30,590 nt of DNA, from contig NW_021832469.1 of NCBI RefSeq assembly GCF_006345805.1, positions 1-30,590 of the forward strand, in the 5' to 3' direction. This document shows positions 1 to 10,709 of this stretch, piece after piece (position 1 is the stretch's first letter; every line of letters starts with the position of its first letter). The translations under genes were made by a program, and so were the position numbers. This DNA is from Octopus sinensis. Its lineage: Eukaryota. The notes beneath the pieces are model-generated. The model searched no databases and was not told the origin of the DNA. It was given only the letters and a program-made list of their open reading frames with translations.

Positions 1-199
1 TAATATAATAATAATAATTAATAATAATAAGAAGAAGAAGAAGAAGAAGAAGAAAAGAAGAAGAAGAAAAGAAGAAGAAGAAGAGAAGAAGAAGAAGAAG
101 AAGAAGAAGAAGAAGAAGAGAAGAAGAAGAAGAAGAAGAAGAATAAGAAGAAGAAGAAGAAGAAGAGAAGAAGAAAAGAAGAAGAAGAAGAAGAAGAAG
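1..199. repeat. (TAA)n grading into (GAA)n microsatellite
   Basis: Direct reading of tandem TAA then GAA triplets. Confidence 0.95.
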
Positions 200-820
200 T
201 AACCCTACAACACTATAAACACTACGAAATCAGCACTCCTGCTTACTGGTATGAACATCATCCTGAGCCAGTAGTTGAAGGTAAAAATGTCTCTATCCTC
301 TGGGATTTTCCAGTCAACACCGGCAGAACGATCCAGGCTAATCGATCAGACAAGGTCATTAAAGACGGAGAAGAAAATACTTGTAGTCTAATAGATATAA
401 ATGTTCCCACTGATAAAAAAGTATCTGTAAAGGAATTTGACAGATTAAGTAAATATAAGGACTTAGAAATTGAAATACAGATGTAGCATCTTAAAGCGAG
501 AACTGTCCCTGCGATTGTAAGTGCCTTAGATATGATAAAAAAACGTGATGTCAGAACATCTAGATAAGATCCCAGGAGAACCATTTCTCAGAGAAATCGT
601 AAAGATTGTGCTAACAAGTACTGCCCACATACATGGAAAAACCTTATCCATTTAAATGTCTGAGTTATATTACATGAAGATATTTCGCTACTGCTCTGCC
701 ACTTACTCTGACCAAGCTTTTGGTCATATTGTAACATTTCTCACCCTTCACTTGCCCCAGGACGCTGGGTGTGTCTGGGCAAGTAATAAACATGCAGATT
801 AAAAGTAAAAGAAAAAAATA
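200..820 (+). mobile_element. 5'-truncated, decayed R4/Dong-like non-LTR retrotransposon fragment (restriction-like endonuclease domain + 3' UTR)
   Basis: Manual + strand translation: KHYEISTPAYWYEHHPEPVVEGKNVSILWDFPVNTGRTIQANRSDKVIKDGEENTCSLIDINVPTDKKVSVKEFDRLSKYKDLEIEIQM*HLKARTVPAIVSALDMIKK. This aligns by eye with the C-terminus of the 24443-28400 element (ILWDFPV.TDRTI.AN.PD, IDMSIP, KEFDKL.KYKDL). It has an in-frame stop, the PD motif reads SD, and it ends in an A-rich run. Confidence 0.9.
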
Positions 821-821
821 A

Positions 822-1215
822 TTTCAAATTTTATTACAAGGGCAGCAGTTTTGGGGAAGGGGATCAGTCGATTTCATCGATCCCCAGTGTTTAACTGGTA
901 CTTATTTTATCGACCTTGTGAGGATGAAAGATAAAGTTGAGCTCGGCGGAATTTGAACTCAGCACATAACGACGGGCGAAATATCTATTTCTTTACTACC
1001 CACAAGGGGCTAAACATAGAGGGGACAAACAAGGATAGACATAGGTATTAAGTCGATTACATCGACCCCAGTGCGTAACTGGTACTTATTTAATCAACCT
1101 CGAAAGAATGAAGCAAAGTCGACCTCGGCGGAATTTGAACTCAGAACGTAACGACGGGCGAAATACCGCAAAGTATTTCGCCCCGTCGTGCTTACGTTTC
1201 TCCCAGCTCGCCGCC
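822..1215 (-). mobile_element. tRNA-derived SINE (Nin/Deu-domain-like body), head-to-tail dimer
   Basis: Minus-strand head GGCGGCGAGCTGGGAGAAACG, B-box-like GAGTTCAAATTCC and body CTTTCATCC..GGTCGA..AAGTACCAGT. The second unit restarts after AAAGAAATA; period about 182 bp. Confidence 0.85.
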
Positions 1216-1219
1216 TAAA

Positions 1220-1411
1220 GATGATAAAATAATAATATAATAATAATATAATAATAATAATAATAATAAAATAATAATAATAAATAATAATAATATAATG
1301 ATGATGATGATGATGATATGATGGTGTGTGGTGATGATGATGATGATGATGATAATAATAATAATAATATAATAATAATAATATAATAATATAATAACAA
1401 CAACAACAATA

Positions 1412-1442
<31 letters not shown>
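1220..1442. repeat. compound (TAA)/(TGA)/(CAA)/(TA) microsatellite
   Basis: Direct reading. Confidence 0.9.
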
Positions 1443-1449
<7 letters not shown>

Positions 1450-2079
1450 GCGGCGCATATATACACACATATCCCGTTGTATATGTATACTTAAGAGGGA
1501 AATATATGATCATAAATTAAATACGCTCTCTCTCGTCTGACACTCGATAATCTGAAAAGCTCACCCACTTGTGTTTTGTATGAGATTCTCTTTCAATTTT
1601 TCTATGGGGATCCTTTTCCGCTAAAACATAAAACACAGCGTTTTTTAATACTCGCTTTATGATTTAATATAATTTATTCCGGTGGACATATAGTTACTAT
1701 GGTATTACGTGATATAAAAACAGCCGAATGACATTAAAGGTTATCTATATAGCAAGTGAAGTTAACGTTTTTTTCTTTTAAAAGTCTCTATTTTTTTGTG
1801 GGAACTTGTGACACTTGATAAAGTCTTAAATCGTCACAAGACACAAAACATCACTTCATTTTCTCGTTATCTGGGAGGCGGGGAGCGGGGTGAGAGGCGC
1901 CGTTACAATTTTATTATGTTAAATATGTCGTGGTAAGAGACAATGATATTTTTTTTTTTTTTTTAGAGAGAAGATTTACGTACCTACAGTTTATGCGCTT
2001 GTCTCCATCATATGTTTTTATCAGAGATAGCTATATATTTTTCAGCAAATTCAGAGGTCGGAATCTGTGTTGGTAAAAA

Positions 2080-2119
2080 TGATAATAATGATAATAATAA
2101 TAACAATAATAATAATATG

Positions 2120-2150
<31 letters not shown>

Positions 2151-2207
2151 AATAATAATAATAAAGTAGTAATAAGTATAATAGTAGTAATAATAATAAT
2201 AATAATA

Positions 2208-2245
<38 letters not shown>

Positions 2246-2263
2246 ATGATGTTGATAATGATG

Positions 2264-2314
<51 letters not shown>

Positions 2315-2373
2315 TTATAATAATAATAATAATAATATAATAATAATAATATAATAATAATAATAATATAATA

Positions 2374-2408
<35 letters not shown>

Positions 2409-2420
2409 AATAATAGTAAT
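2080..2420. repeat. (TAA)/(TGA) microsatellite
   Basis: Direct reading. Confidence 0.9.
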
Positions 2421-2460
2421 AATCCTTTCTACTATAGGCACAAGGCCTGAAATTTGGGGT
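2420..2460 (-). mobile_element. isolated SINE 3' tail fragment
   Basis: Reverse complement CCCCAAATTTCAGGCCTTGTGCCTATAGTAGAAAGGATT resembles the terminal tail at 23440-23480. Confidence 0.6.
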
Positions 2461-2555
2461 ATGATTGATACTCCATTTCCTCCTCCTTCACCTGCTGCTG
2501 CTGCTCTTCCTCCTCATCCTACTACTACTACTAATAATAATAATGATAATAATAA

Positions 2556-2750
2556 TGGTTTCATATTTTGCCACAAGGCCAGCCATTTTGGGGAGGTAGG
2601 GGATGAGTCGATTACATCAATAAGCAGTGTTCAACTGGTACTTAATTTATCGACTCTGAAAGGATAAAAGACAAAGTTGACCACGGCGGAATTTGAACTC
2701 AGAACGTAAAGACGGGTGAAATGCCGCTAAGCTTTCATCCTCGGCGTGCT
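2556..2750 (-). mobile_element. tRNA-derived SINE (Nin/Deu-like), monomer
   Basis: Same GAGTTCAAATTCCGCCG / CTTTTATCC / AAGTACCAGTTGA blocks as the other copies. Confidence 0.85.
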
Positions 2751-3225
2751 AATAATAATCAAACATTTTATGAAGTGAGACATTTCATTAAAAATGGAAA
2801 TAACTACTCTGGAGGAAATCCATGGAATTCAAGAGAAAAAAAGAAGTTCTTAGTGGATAATAATGATGCAGGATATATACAGGATAATAACTATTTCCAA
2901 TGAATTCTGCCTTATTCAAAATGTTTTAAAGTAGCCATTAATTAAAATTAAAGTTAACAGAAAATGCTAGACAACTGTCTTGGAGCACTATATTTCTGTT
3001 ACCGCATAAAAGCTATATCCAATACAAAATCATAATAAAAAAATATGCATGAACTATTGAGAAAAGAAGAATCAAATATAGAAAATAAGGGATTTAGGAA
3101 TGAGCAAGTTTTATAATAAACAATAACAAGATCAATAAGATTGAAAAGAATAATTAAAGGAATACACCCGTATTATAAAACACAACAAACCGAATATATA
3201 TATATATATATACTTTATTTATTTT

Positions 3226-3422
3226 AAGCAGCAGAAAATTCAACAAAATCTGTTACTCTCTGAGTTTCTCGTTGCCGTTCATCAGATGATGAACGGCAAC
3301 GAGAAACTCAGAGTAACAGATTTTGTTGAATTTTCTGCTGCTTTAAATAAAGCATATTACTCTACCACTGGTATTTGAGTACTCTTTTTTCCACCTTGTT
3401 TCACATTTATTGTTTACTCCGG
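3226..3422. mobile_element. palindromic (foldback) element carrying hammerhead-like motifs, probable Penelope-like pLTR relic, copy 1
   Basis: Near-perfect inverted repeat 3226-3283 / 3288-3343 with a 4-nt loop, followed by an approximately 80-bp unique tail. Flanked by (TA)n on both sides. Paralogue at 6783-7000. Confidence 0.8.
3251..3285 (-). ncRNA. minimal type-I hammerhead ribozyme-like motif
   Basis: Minus strand reads CUGAUGA-ACG-GCAA-CGA-GAAA-CUCAGAGAG-UA-ACA. The core is canonical, but the 5' strand of stem I is truncated at the hairpin apex and stem II has an A-A mismatch. Confidence 0.6.
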
Positions 3423-3433
3423 TATATTAGATA

Positions 3434-3464
<31 letters not shown>

Positions 3465-3473
3465 ATATTATAT

Positions 3474-3504
<31 letters not shown>

Positions 3505-3849
3505 TTGTATCGCATAAACAAAACACGCATGCACAAACATATAAAGAAAAAGAACTAAAACTAAAATTCGGAAAACAGTCAAAGTTCCCTTGATTGCACT
3601 TAACCATATACACATCCATAGCGGAAATGCATGCTTGACTTCAAATATAAGATCAAAATGTATTAAAAGCACAAATTGCAGCAAATGAACCGGAAGTGAC
3701 ATTGAAGAGACTGTAGCAGAAATAATAAGAAAATGGAAGAGAGCATAACAATTGATGAGTTGCAACAAACTCAACATTTATCACCTTGCGTAACCCTGAA
3801 AATAACTTTCGGACGCTTCAAATTTTCATTTATCCTAAAACATTGCAAA

Positions 3850-3967
3850 AAAAAAAAAAAATAATAATAATAATAATAATGATGATAATAAAAATAAAAA
3901 TAATAATGATAATAATAATAATAATATAATTAATAATAATAATTATAATAATAATAATATAATAATG

Positions 3968-3998
<31 letters not shown>

Positions 3999-4456
3999 TA
4001 ATAATAAAATAATAATATATAATAATATATAATAAGATGATGATGATGATGATAATAATAATAATAATAACGATAATAATGATATATAATAATATATAAT
4101 ATAATAATAATAATAATAATTATAATAATAATAATAAATACTGATAATAATAATAATAATATAATATATGATAATAATAAAAATAATTATAATAATAATA
4201 ATAATAATATAAAATGATGATGTGATGATGATAATAATAATATAATAATAATAATAATATAATAATAATAATAATAATAATAATATACTCAAATAATGAC
4301 AATAATATTATTATTATTTAATAATAATAATATAATAATAATAATAATGACAATAATAATAATAATAATATAATAATAAGATGATGATGATATGATAAAT
4401 AATAATAATAATAATAAAATAATGATAATAATAAAAATAAAAATAATAATAATAAT

Positions 4457-4492
<36 letters not shown>

Positions 4493-4565
4493 CTAATAAT
4501 GATATAATACTAATGATGATGATATAATACTAATAATAAAATAATAATAATAATAATAATATAAT
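3850..4565. repeat. long degenerate (AAT)n microsatellite
   Basis: Direct reading. Confidence 0.95.
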
Positions 4566-5029
4566 GTAAATGTATGTTTTTTTAAATAATACTTTTTATA
4601 TCAGACGTTCACTGATTTACGGTTTCAAAGGTTACGGACACCACAAAACATTAAAAAAATTTATTTTTATACACTCGTTACGCGTTATATTGGTACTGTA
4701 TACGTTTCTTTACTTTTTACCCTATATATATATATAAAGTATAAGCGTTTTGGAAATCGTAGTTTTGAACAGAGAATATTATAATTCTCTGCAATTTTCA
4801 CACCCCACCTGTCATAAAATGGTTTTGCTCTCACGACAATGAATTTATGTAAAAATCAAGAGAAAGTTTGATTTATCAAAAGAACAAAAAAAAACACATA
4901 AACTGGTAATCCTGCATAAATTTGGAACAACACCACGTTACGAAATACAGGGGGGGGGGGTCGAAGAATTGGGTGGGGAGTGGGAGGGAGGGAATTACGC
5001 AAGAGAATGTGAAATTAGACACTCAGGAA

Positions 5030-5094
5030 CAATGGTTCTCAACCATTTTGTTTTTACCTGTGGACCACTTTGATTACTAATTTTTTCTGATAAA

Positions 5095-5133
<39 letters not shown>

Positions 5134-5402
5134 CATATTTAAAAAACTGGTTTTATAGATACTCCTTTCAAAATTCCTGTTTCGTTTGTCACGCATTCAC
5201 TTGCGTAAATTTACAACAGCAGTCTTTGAAAGAACATGTTTCGGTGTCTGAAGACATGTTAAACTACGTAAAATGTTAGATAAACAAGCGACAGTTTCTT
5301 GCAATAAATACAGTAGTACCGATTTACTGTTTTGCTTTCTTGAAAACCCAAAATCTTATATGAACCTCCAAGGATCATACGGGCCCCAGTTGAGAACTAC
5401 TG
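5030..5402. mobile_element. hAT (Charlie/MER5-like) MITE
   Basis: Terminal inverted repeats CAATGGTTCTCAAC (5030) and GTTGAGAACTACTG (ending 5402). No convincing 8-bp TSD. Confidence 0.65.
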
Positions 5403-6158
5403 TCACAGAGTAGAGTATGTCGCATGAAAGACACTTTTATAGGAGCCTGAGTTAAGTGTATTTTATCGTGAGTCGGTTTATATTGCTCGATACATTTTTT
5501 TGTGTAAATATAGTTTTGTTTTATAGCACTGATATTATTGTTTTGAGGTTTTAAAATATTGACATTTTATGCCGATTTTTGTTTCGGTTTTTACATTAAT
5601 TGAAGGTCATGTGAAAACGAAAGAATATCAAAGCTACAACAACAGCAGAGGAGTTGAAGAAAAAGGAAAAAAAAAACTCTGAGTAAGTGCGTGAATAGAT
5701 TTCAGAACAACGAACATTGTACACGAAAACAATCATGCGAGACCGTATATCACAAGAAGTAGAGCAGAAGCTACAATAAATAAATAAATAAATGCATAAA
5801 TAAATAGATAAATAAATAAATAAATAAATAAATAAGCTTCCCAAATCTGGAGGACACCTGGACAAAATCTCGAACTCCTGGTTAACAATTAACACGGTGC
5901 ATTTGGAGAAAAGGTTAATATGACACTGACAGAACTGGAGACAATAATTGACGACGGCACCGAGGGAAGTTCTGTTTCAGTTCCTCCTTAGAACTCGACC
6001 AAATTTGGCAGCAAGTTGATGCCTCTGATTTCTGTTGCTGCAGTTTTCTCTTCATCCGCCCATGTATATAAAACTGGCAGGACCCAGCTAAAAACTCTGT
6101 CCGGGAAAACAAGCTACAAGAAATTAAGTAGGCTGAATGTCCTGCGTCCATTTGGTTG

Positions 6159-6179
6159 TAGGGTTAGGGTTAGGGTTAG
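6159..6179 (+). repeat. short interstitial (TTAGGG)n tract
   Basis: TAGGGTTAGGGTTAGGGTTAG. Confidence 0.8.
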
Positions 6180-6782
6180 TATCGAAAGGAACTGGATTGC
6201 AGAGTCGAACCTTCAGCCTATCACCAAATGCTATTATGTAATAAAAAATCGAAACGAACGGATGCAACATGCAAAAGTGCAATGTAGAGGAGGAAGAACT
6301 AAGAAGTGGCCTTTCTAACCTCGGTTATGAATGTTCTGCGCCATGCAGTTTCTGATCTCCCTGCCCTTTTTGCGTTCTTTCCGATCATTCCAAAACACGT
6401 CAGCATAGATGGGAACAAAATTAAGATCGAAGAAATGAGTGAAGTTTTACGAAATAAAAGAATATTACTTCAATTCTATGAAGTTTCATTCAATTATCCA
6501 ACGAGAACAAGATATGTATAATCATAAAATTAGATCTCCTTCGTGTCGAATAATTTTTGAATTTCCAAATAAAAAATGAAACCTTCGTATAAGCTACCTG
6601 TTCCTGATGCTTTTCGAAGATATTTAAGTCCAGGATGTCTTATACAATTGATCATAAAGAAAATATATACTCTCTGCATATGTAGATAGATGGAGACGTC
6701 TACTTTTGTAGTGTAAAATGTATACTAGAAATATATACGTTGTTCATGCGGTAAAGGTATATATATATATATATATATATAC

Positions 6783-7000
6783 TTTATTTAAAGCAGCAGA
6801 AAATTCTACAAAACCTGTACTCTGAGTTTCACGTTGCCGTTCATCGGACAAGCAAAAACTGTCCGATGAACGGCAACGTGAACTCGCAGAGTAACAGGTT
6901 TTGTAGAATTTTCTGCTGCTTTAAATAAAACATATTACTCTACCACTGCTGGTATTTGAGTACTCTTTTTTCCACCTTGTTTCACATTTATGGGTTACTC
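6783..7000. mobile_element. palindromic element with hammerhead-like motifs, copy 2
   Basis: Inverted repeat 6783-6850 / 6860-6929 with a 9-nt loop. Same unique tail as copy 1 (CATATTACTCTACCACT..GGTATTTGAGTACTCTTTTTTCCACCTTGTTTCACATTTAT). (TA)n flanks. Confidence 0.8.
6853..6903 (+). ncRNA. type-I hammerhead ribozyme-like motif (variant core CCGAUGA)
   Basis: Stem I CAAAAACUGU/ACAGGUUUUG pairs 9 of 10. Core CCGAUGA, stem II ACG-GCAA-CGU, then GAA (one A short), CUCGCAGAG and a GUA triplet. The left arm on the minus strand retains GAAA-CUCAGAG-UA. Confidence 0.6.
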
Positions 7001-7009
7001 ATATATATA

Positions 7010-7900
7010 TATATTCTCTCTTTCTCTCTGCTCCTTCAACCTCCTTCTCTCCTCTCTCCGCGCTCCCTCCTCCTTCTTCCCAACCATCTCTCCTCTCTTG
7101 CCCCAACTCCTACTTCTCTTCACCCCTACTCTCTTTCTCTCTTTCTCTCCCCTCTTTCTCTCCCCCTCCTACTCTCTTCTCTCCTACTCTCTTTCTCTCC
7201 CCTCCTTCCCTCTTCCCTCTTACCTCTACACCATACTACACCATACAACATTACACATCATATCACAACACACCACCCACACACCCATCCCTACATCTTC
7301 ACACCTACACACACATACACGCACACGTCCAGATCACCAGCCCTCTTTCACACGCACATACATACTCTCTTATACATACACGCAACTTTGTGTTGAGGGT
7401 CATCTTTGCCTTGTTATCTCCCCTACTTTCCTCCTCGTGTTTGACCCTTCTGTCCGGCACTAGTCGCCATGACAGATCATTAGCCACTACACACATTTTT
7501 TTCTATCCTTGTTTCTTTCTTTGTTTTTTCTGTGTCCCTTTCTGTAGAAGAGCATAGGCTCGAAACGTAAAATACTTTTTCTATTCCTGAGCGTTATACT
7601 AATACATCTGTTTGTTTTATACACCACCTGTCTTCGTCTTCGTCCCAAAAAGACAGAGACGGGAAAATGGCTTGTAGTCACGCGTGACTACAGGCGGGAG
7701 GGGGGTGGAGAGAAGAGAGAGGAGAATGGAAAGAAAAGAAGAGAGCGAGGAGAAGGGAGAAAAAAGATAGACAGGGGACAGCAAGGAAGGTGGGGAGAAA
7801 AAGAAATATAAAGGAACAGAGAGGGAGAGAGAGAAAGAGAGAGAGAAACAAAGAAAACAGACGGAGAACAGAGTGTGGAGCTGCACAAATTATATATACA
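7010..7900. mobile_element. probable Penelope-like terminal-repeat remnants: pyrimidine-rich tract, hammerhead-like motif, then an inverted purine-rich tract
   Basis: 7505-7645 is homologous to the reverse complement of 18220-18345 (GAGCGTTA.ACTAATACA...CACCTGTCTTCGTCTT). Assignment to Penelope-like elements is inference from the motif. Confidence 0.5.
7537..7573 (+). ncRNA. degenerate minimal hammerhead-like motif
   Basis: CUUU-CUGUAGA-A-GAGC-AUAG-GCUC-GAAA-CGU-A-AAA. Stem II is 4 bp and stem III is the ACGU palindrome. Core A6 is replaced by U. Confidence 0.4.
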
Positions 7901-8333
7901 TGTAAAAATTATACACACACACACACACATACATATAAGCGAACTTCCACCATGGGTCATCACAATGCTTAAGGTAAAAATGAATTCCTCGCTCTTTCGA
8001 AACATCAATCTTCTGTATTGACCGCTTTCCACCACTTTGATCTGTTTTGTATTGAATACGTATCGCCACCGTGGGCCACTGCACGAACACTTTGAACATA
8101 TACTTCAAACTATATATCAACTATACATGAACTATATATCAACTATACATGAACTCTAAGATGTCTGACTCCGTTGTGTATTATAAATGAATTCTTGTGT
8201 TTACGGCATGAGCTGTCTCTTTTTATATATAACTTTTTTGATAAGGGTCATTACAGGAACTGAAACATGTTATAATGTATATATAAAAATTAAAAATTGT
8301 TTAATACAGCAGCATTTTCGAACTTCATTTTTT

Positions 8334-8369
<36 letters not shown>

Positions 8370-9087
8370 CAGTGATCCCTCGTTTGTCACGGTAGATTGG
8401 TTCCCAGACCGGCTGCGATAACTGAATTTCCGCGAAGTAGGGACACCATATTTACAGTATTTATTTAACGTGTATTCGGACTTTTAAAACCCTCCCTGTA
8501 CTGTTAACAACCCACCCATTACAGTAGTCTATTAATAACAAGGACAACTGTCAAGCAATAACACTTTAGATTAAAAATAATAAAGATTGTTACTGTACTC
8601 AACAAGAAGTTGAAGTAAAATTTGGATGATGATGGTGATGAATTTGCTGCGCTGTAGAAATGATGATGATGAAGCTGACGGCGGTGCCCTTTCCTGGGAC
8701 ACCTCTTCCACTTCTTCCGAAGGTGCAACCGTAGTAGTAGCCGCCGCAGGAACTGACTCTTTTTGCGAAGCTGCAAAAACATTGTGGTTCGAAGTTGCTG
8801 CCGCTGCTTCTTGTAGCATCTTGTAGGGATTCATGACTTCGTCGACCTTGTTACAAAATTGCACAGAACGAACCATATCGTCGTCCCATTCCTGTGACAC
8901 CTCTTTCAATTCTTTAGCCAGGTTGCAGAGCTTGGCCAGCCGTTCCAAGTCAAGCCAACTTCTGTTTCTTGCTGTGTTTCTTCTTTGGATTTAATGAAAA
9001 ATTTTAGGTGTTCATATATATATATTTTAAAATCCGCGAAGTCATGAATCCGCGATAGTTGACCCGCGAAGTAGCGAGGTATCACTA
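8370..9087 (-). mobile_element. pogo/Tigger-like DNA transposon, internally deleted, with transposase C-terminal remnant
   Basis: TIRs CAGTGATCCCTCG and CGAGGTATCACTA with TA on both flanks. Minus strand 8960-8760 translates as LTLERLAKLCNLAKELKEVSQEWDDDMVRSVQFCNKVDEVMNPYKML, frameshift, KKQRQLRTTMFLQ, typical of Tigger/TIGD1-like C-termini. Confidence 0.85.
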
Positions 9088-9884
9088 TATATATATATAT
9101 CCGAACGATGACACTATTCCATGAGAAGTATATGAAGCATAAGATGTCAGTACGTTTGAGAGGTGAATCTATTGGTTACCATAATGTTCTAGTGATCTGT
9201 AACTGCACTGATTTGCAAATATACAATTGTGTTGCGTAATGCGTAGCATACATATTAGTGCAGACATGTAAAGTAATCCATTATACACTGAAGTTATTAC
9301 ATGAAGAAGTAGATTTAGTATTGTATGTAATGTTCGTGTTTATAAATGTGACTATTTATATATATATTTATTGGTGATGGTAGTAGTTTCGTAGTGAAGA
9401 TTATTGGTGTCTGGCGCTATGGAAACATTCCTTATTGTGCCTTGCAGAAGACATCCCTGGGTAACTTATCTGTCATTATTTCAAATTACTTTATCAGTGA
9501 ATGTTTCTTTTCTTCTTTTTTTACACCAAAATTTTTATATCTTCACAGTCATTCTCTGGGTGTATTTTGCATACACTGAGTGGGCGTAATAAAACCGAAA
9601 CATATCCGGATTTGCAGACATGCATATCAAAATCAGGCTTACTTCTCACTGCATCTTTGCATAAAGTTTATAGTCGTTATAATTTAAAACCTAATTTTAA
9701 AATAACAGTGAAACATTTATTAAGTTGGGGGACTCAATACTAACAGGAGAGTCAAATATATTATGAAGTACATGTGAGAGTTGAACTTCAAATTTTGTCT
9801 AATGGTTTTTTTCAATTTATTGAAAGCCACTAAGCAAAACTTGAAGTGCCAGTCAAGACGATGTGTGTGTGTGTATGTGTGTAT

Positions 9885-9975
9885 TAAAGTATGTTAAGAT
9901 GCTCACTTCTCAAGTATGTGATTTCGAGTTCGATTTCAATACGCGTCTGCTTGGATAAGTATTTCCATCTTCTCA
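9885..9975 (+). mobile_element. highly degenerate SINE 5' head (family of 19640-19972)
   Basis: GTTAAGATGCTCACTTCTCAAGTATGTGATTTCGAGTTCGATTTCA..CTTGGATAAGTATTTCC loosely matches the head on the minus strand at 19890-19970. Confidence 0.35.
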
Positions 9976-10039
9976 TTAGTGTCGAAGGCTGTGAAAAGAA
10001 TCATGCGTGTGTTCGATTTTCTCTCTGACTAAGCGAAAA

Positions 10040-10240
10040 TAATGCAGAGAGATAGAAAGAGAGAATAAAAAAGGGAAGAGAGAAGAGGGGAAGAGAGAAA
10101 GAGAGACAAAGAAGGGGAAAAGAGGGAGGGAGAGCGAGAGGGTGATTAAGGGAGAAGAAGGAAGATAAAGAGGGGGGTGGGTAGAGAGAGGGGAAGTGTT
10201 ATGGACGGGGAGAGATGGAACGAAAGAAATATATAAATAG
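10040..10240. repeat. purine-rich low-complexity tract
   Basis: Almost exclusively G/A. Confidence 0.7.
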
Positions 10241-10297
10241 AGAAATATATAGATTTCTTGTTTATGATAACATTCAGAATAGTTCATACAGAAAGCA

Positions 10298-10349
<52 letters not shown>

Positions 10350-10363
10350 GTAATAATAATTAC

Positions 10364-10397
<34 letters not shown>

Positions 10398-10408
10398 GTG
10401 ACAATGAC

Positions 10409-10454
<46 letters not shown>

Positions 10455-10510
10455 TAATAATAATAATGACAATAATAATAATAATAAATAAATAAATAAA
10501 CAAACAAACA
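10298..10510. repeat. (AAT)n microsatellite
   Basis: Direct reading. Confidence 0.95.
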
Positions 10511-10709
10511 AAAACAGAGAAAAAAACCAAGCTAAAAATCAAAACAAAGCAAAAAATGGGAATATAGCAATAAATATCACTTAGAAACAAAGGGCTCCGA
10601 ATAATTAGGAATGTGTGTGCATTTAAGCGTAAAATATGACTTAGAACTTATTAACCCGCATCAAAAACCGTTCCCACAGGAAAGAAACAAGCAAAACCAA
10701 TATTATATT

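Noticed and set aside
3689-3698. ETS/GABP-type motif ACCGGAAGTG
   Set aside because: It is a single motif with no CpG-rich promoter context or nearby gene.
3427-3777. Hydrophobic 116-aa minus ORF resembling a signal or membrane peptide
   Set aside because: It reflects AT-rich compositional bias, ends in a TA repeat, and has no family motifs.
1094-4302. Poly-I/Y/L/H ORFs (also 10215-10590, 28288-28732, 29972-30463)
   Set aside because: They are translations of AAT, TGA and TATC microsatellites.
4950-4993. G-quadruplex-like G-run cluster
   Set aside because: The motif is present but there is no functional context, and such runs are common.
5606-5682. Possible exon bounded by AG and GTAAGT
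   Set aside because: All three frames contain or end in a stop as written, the polypyrimidine tract is weak, and there is no recognisable peptide.
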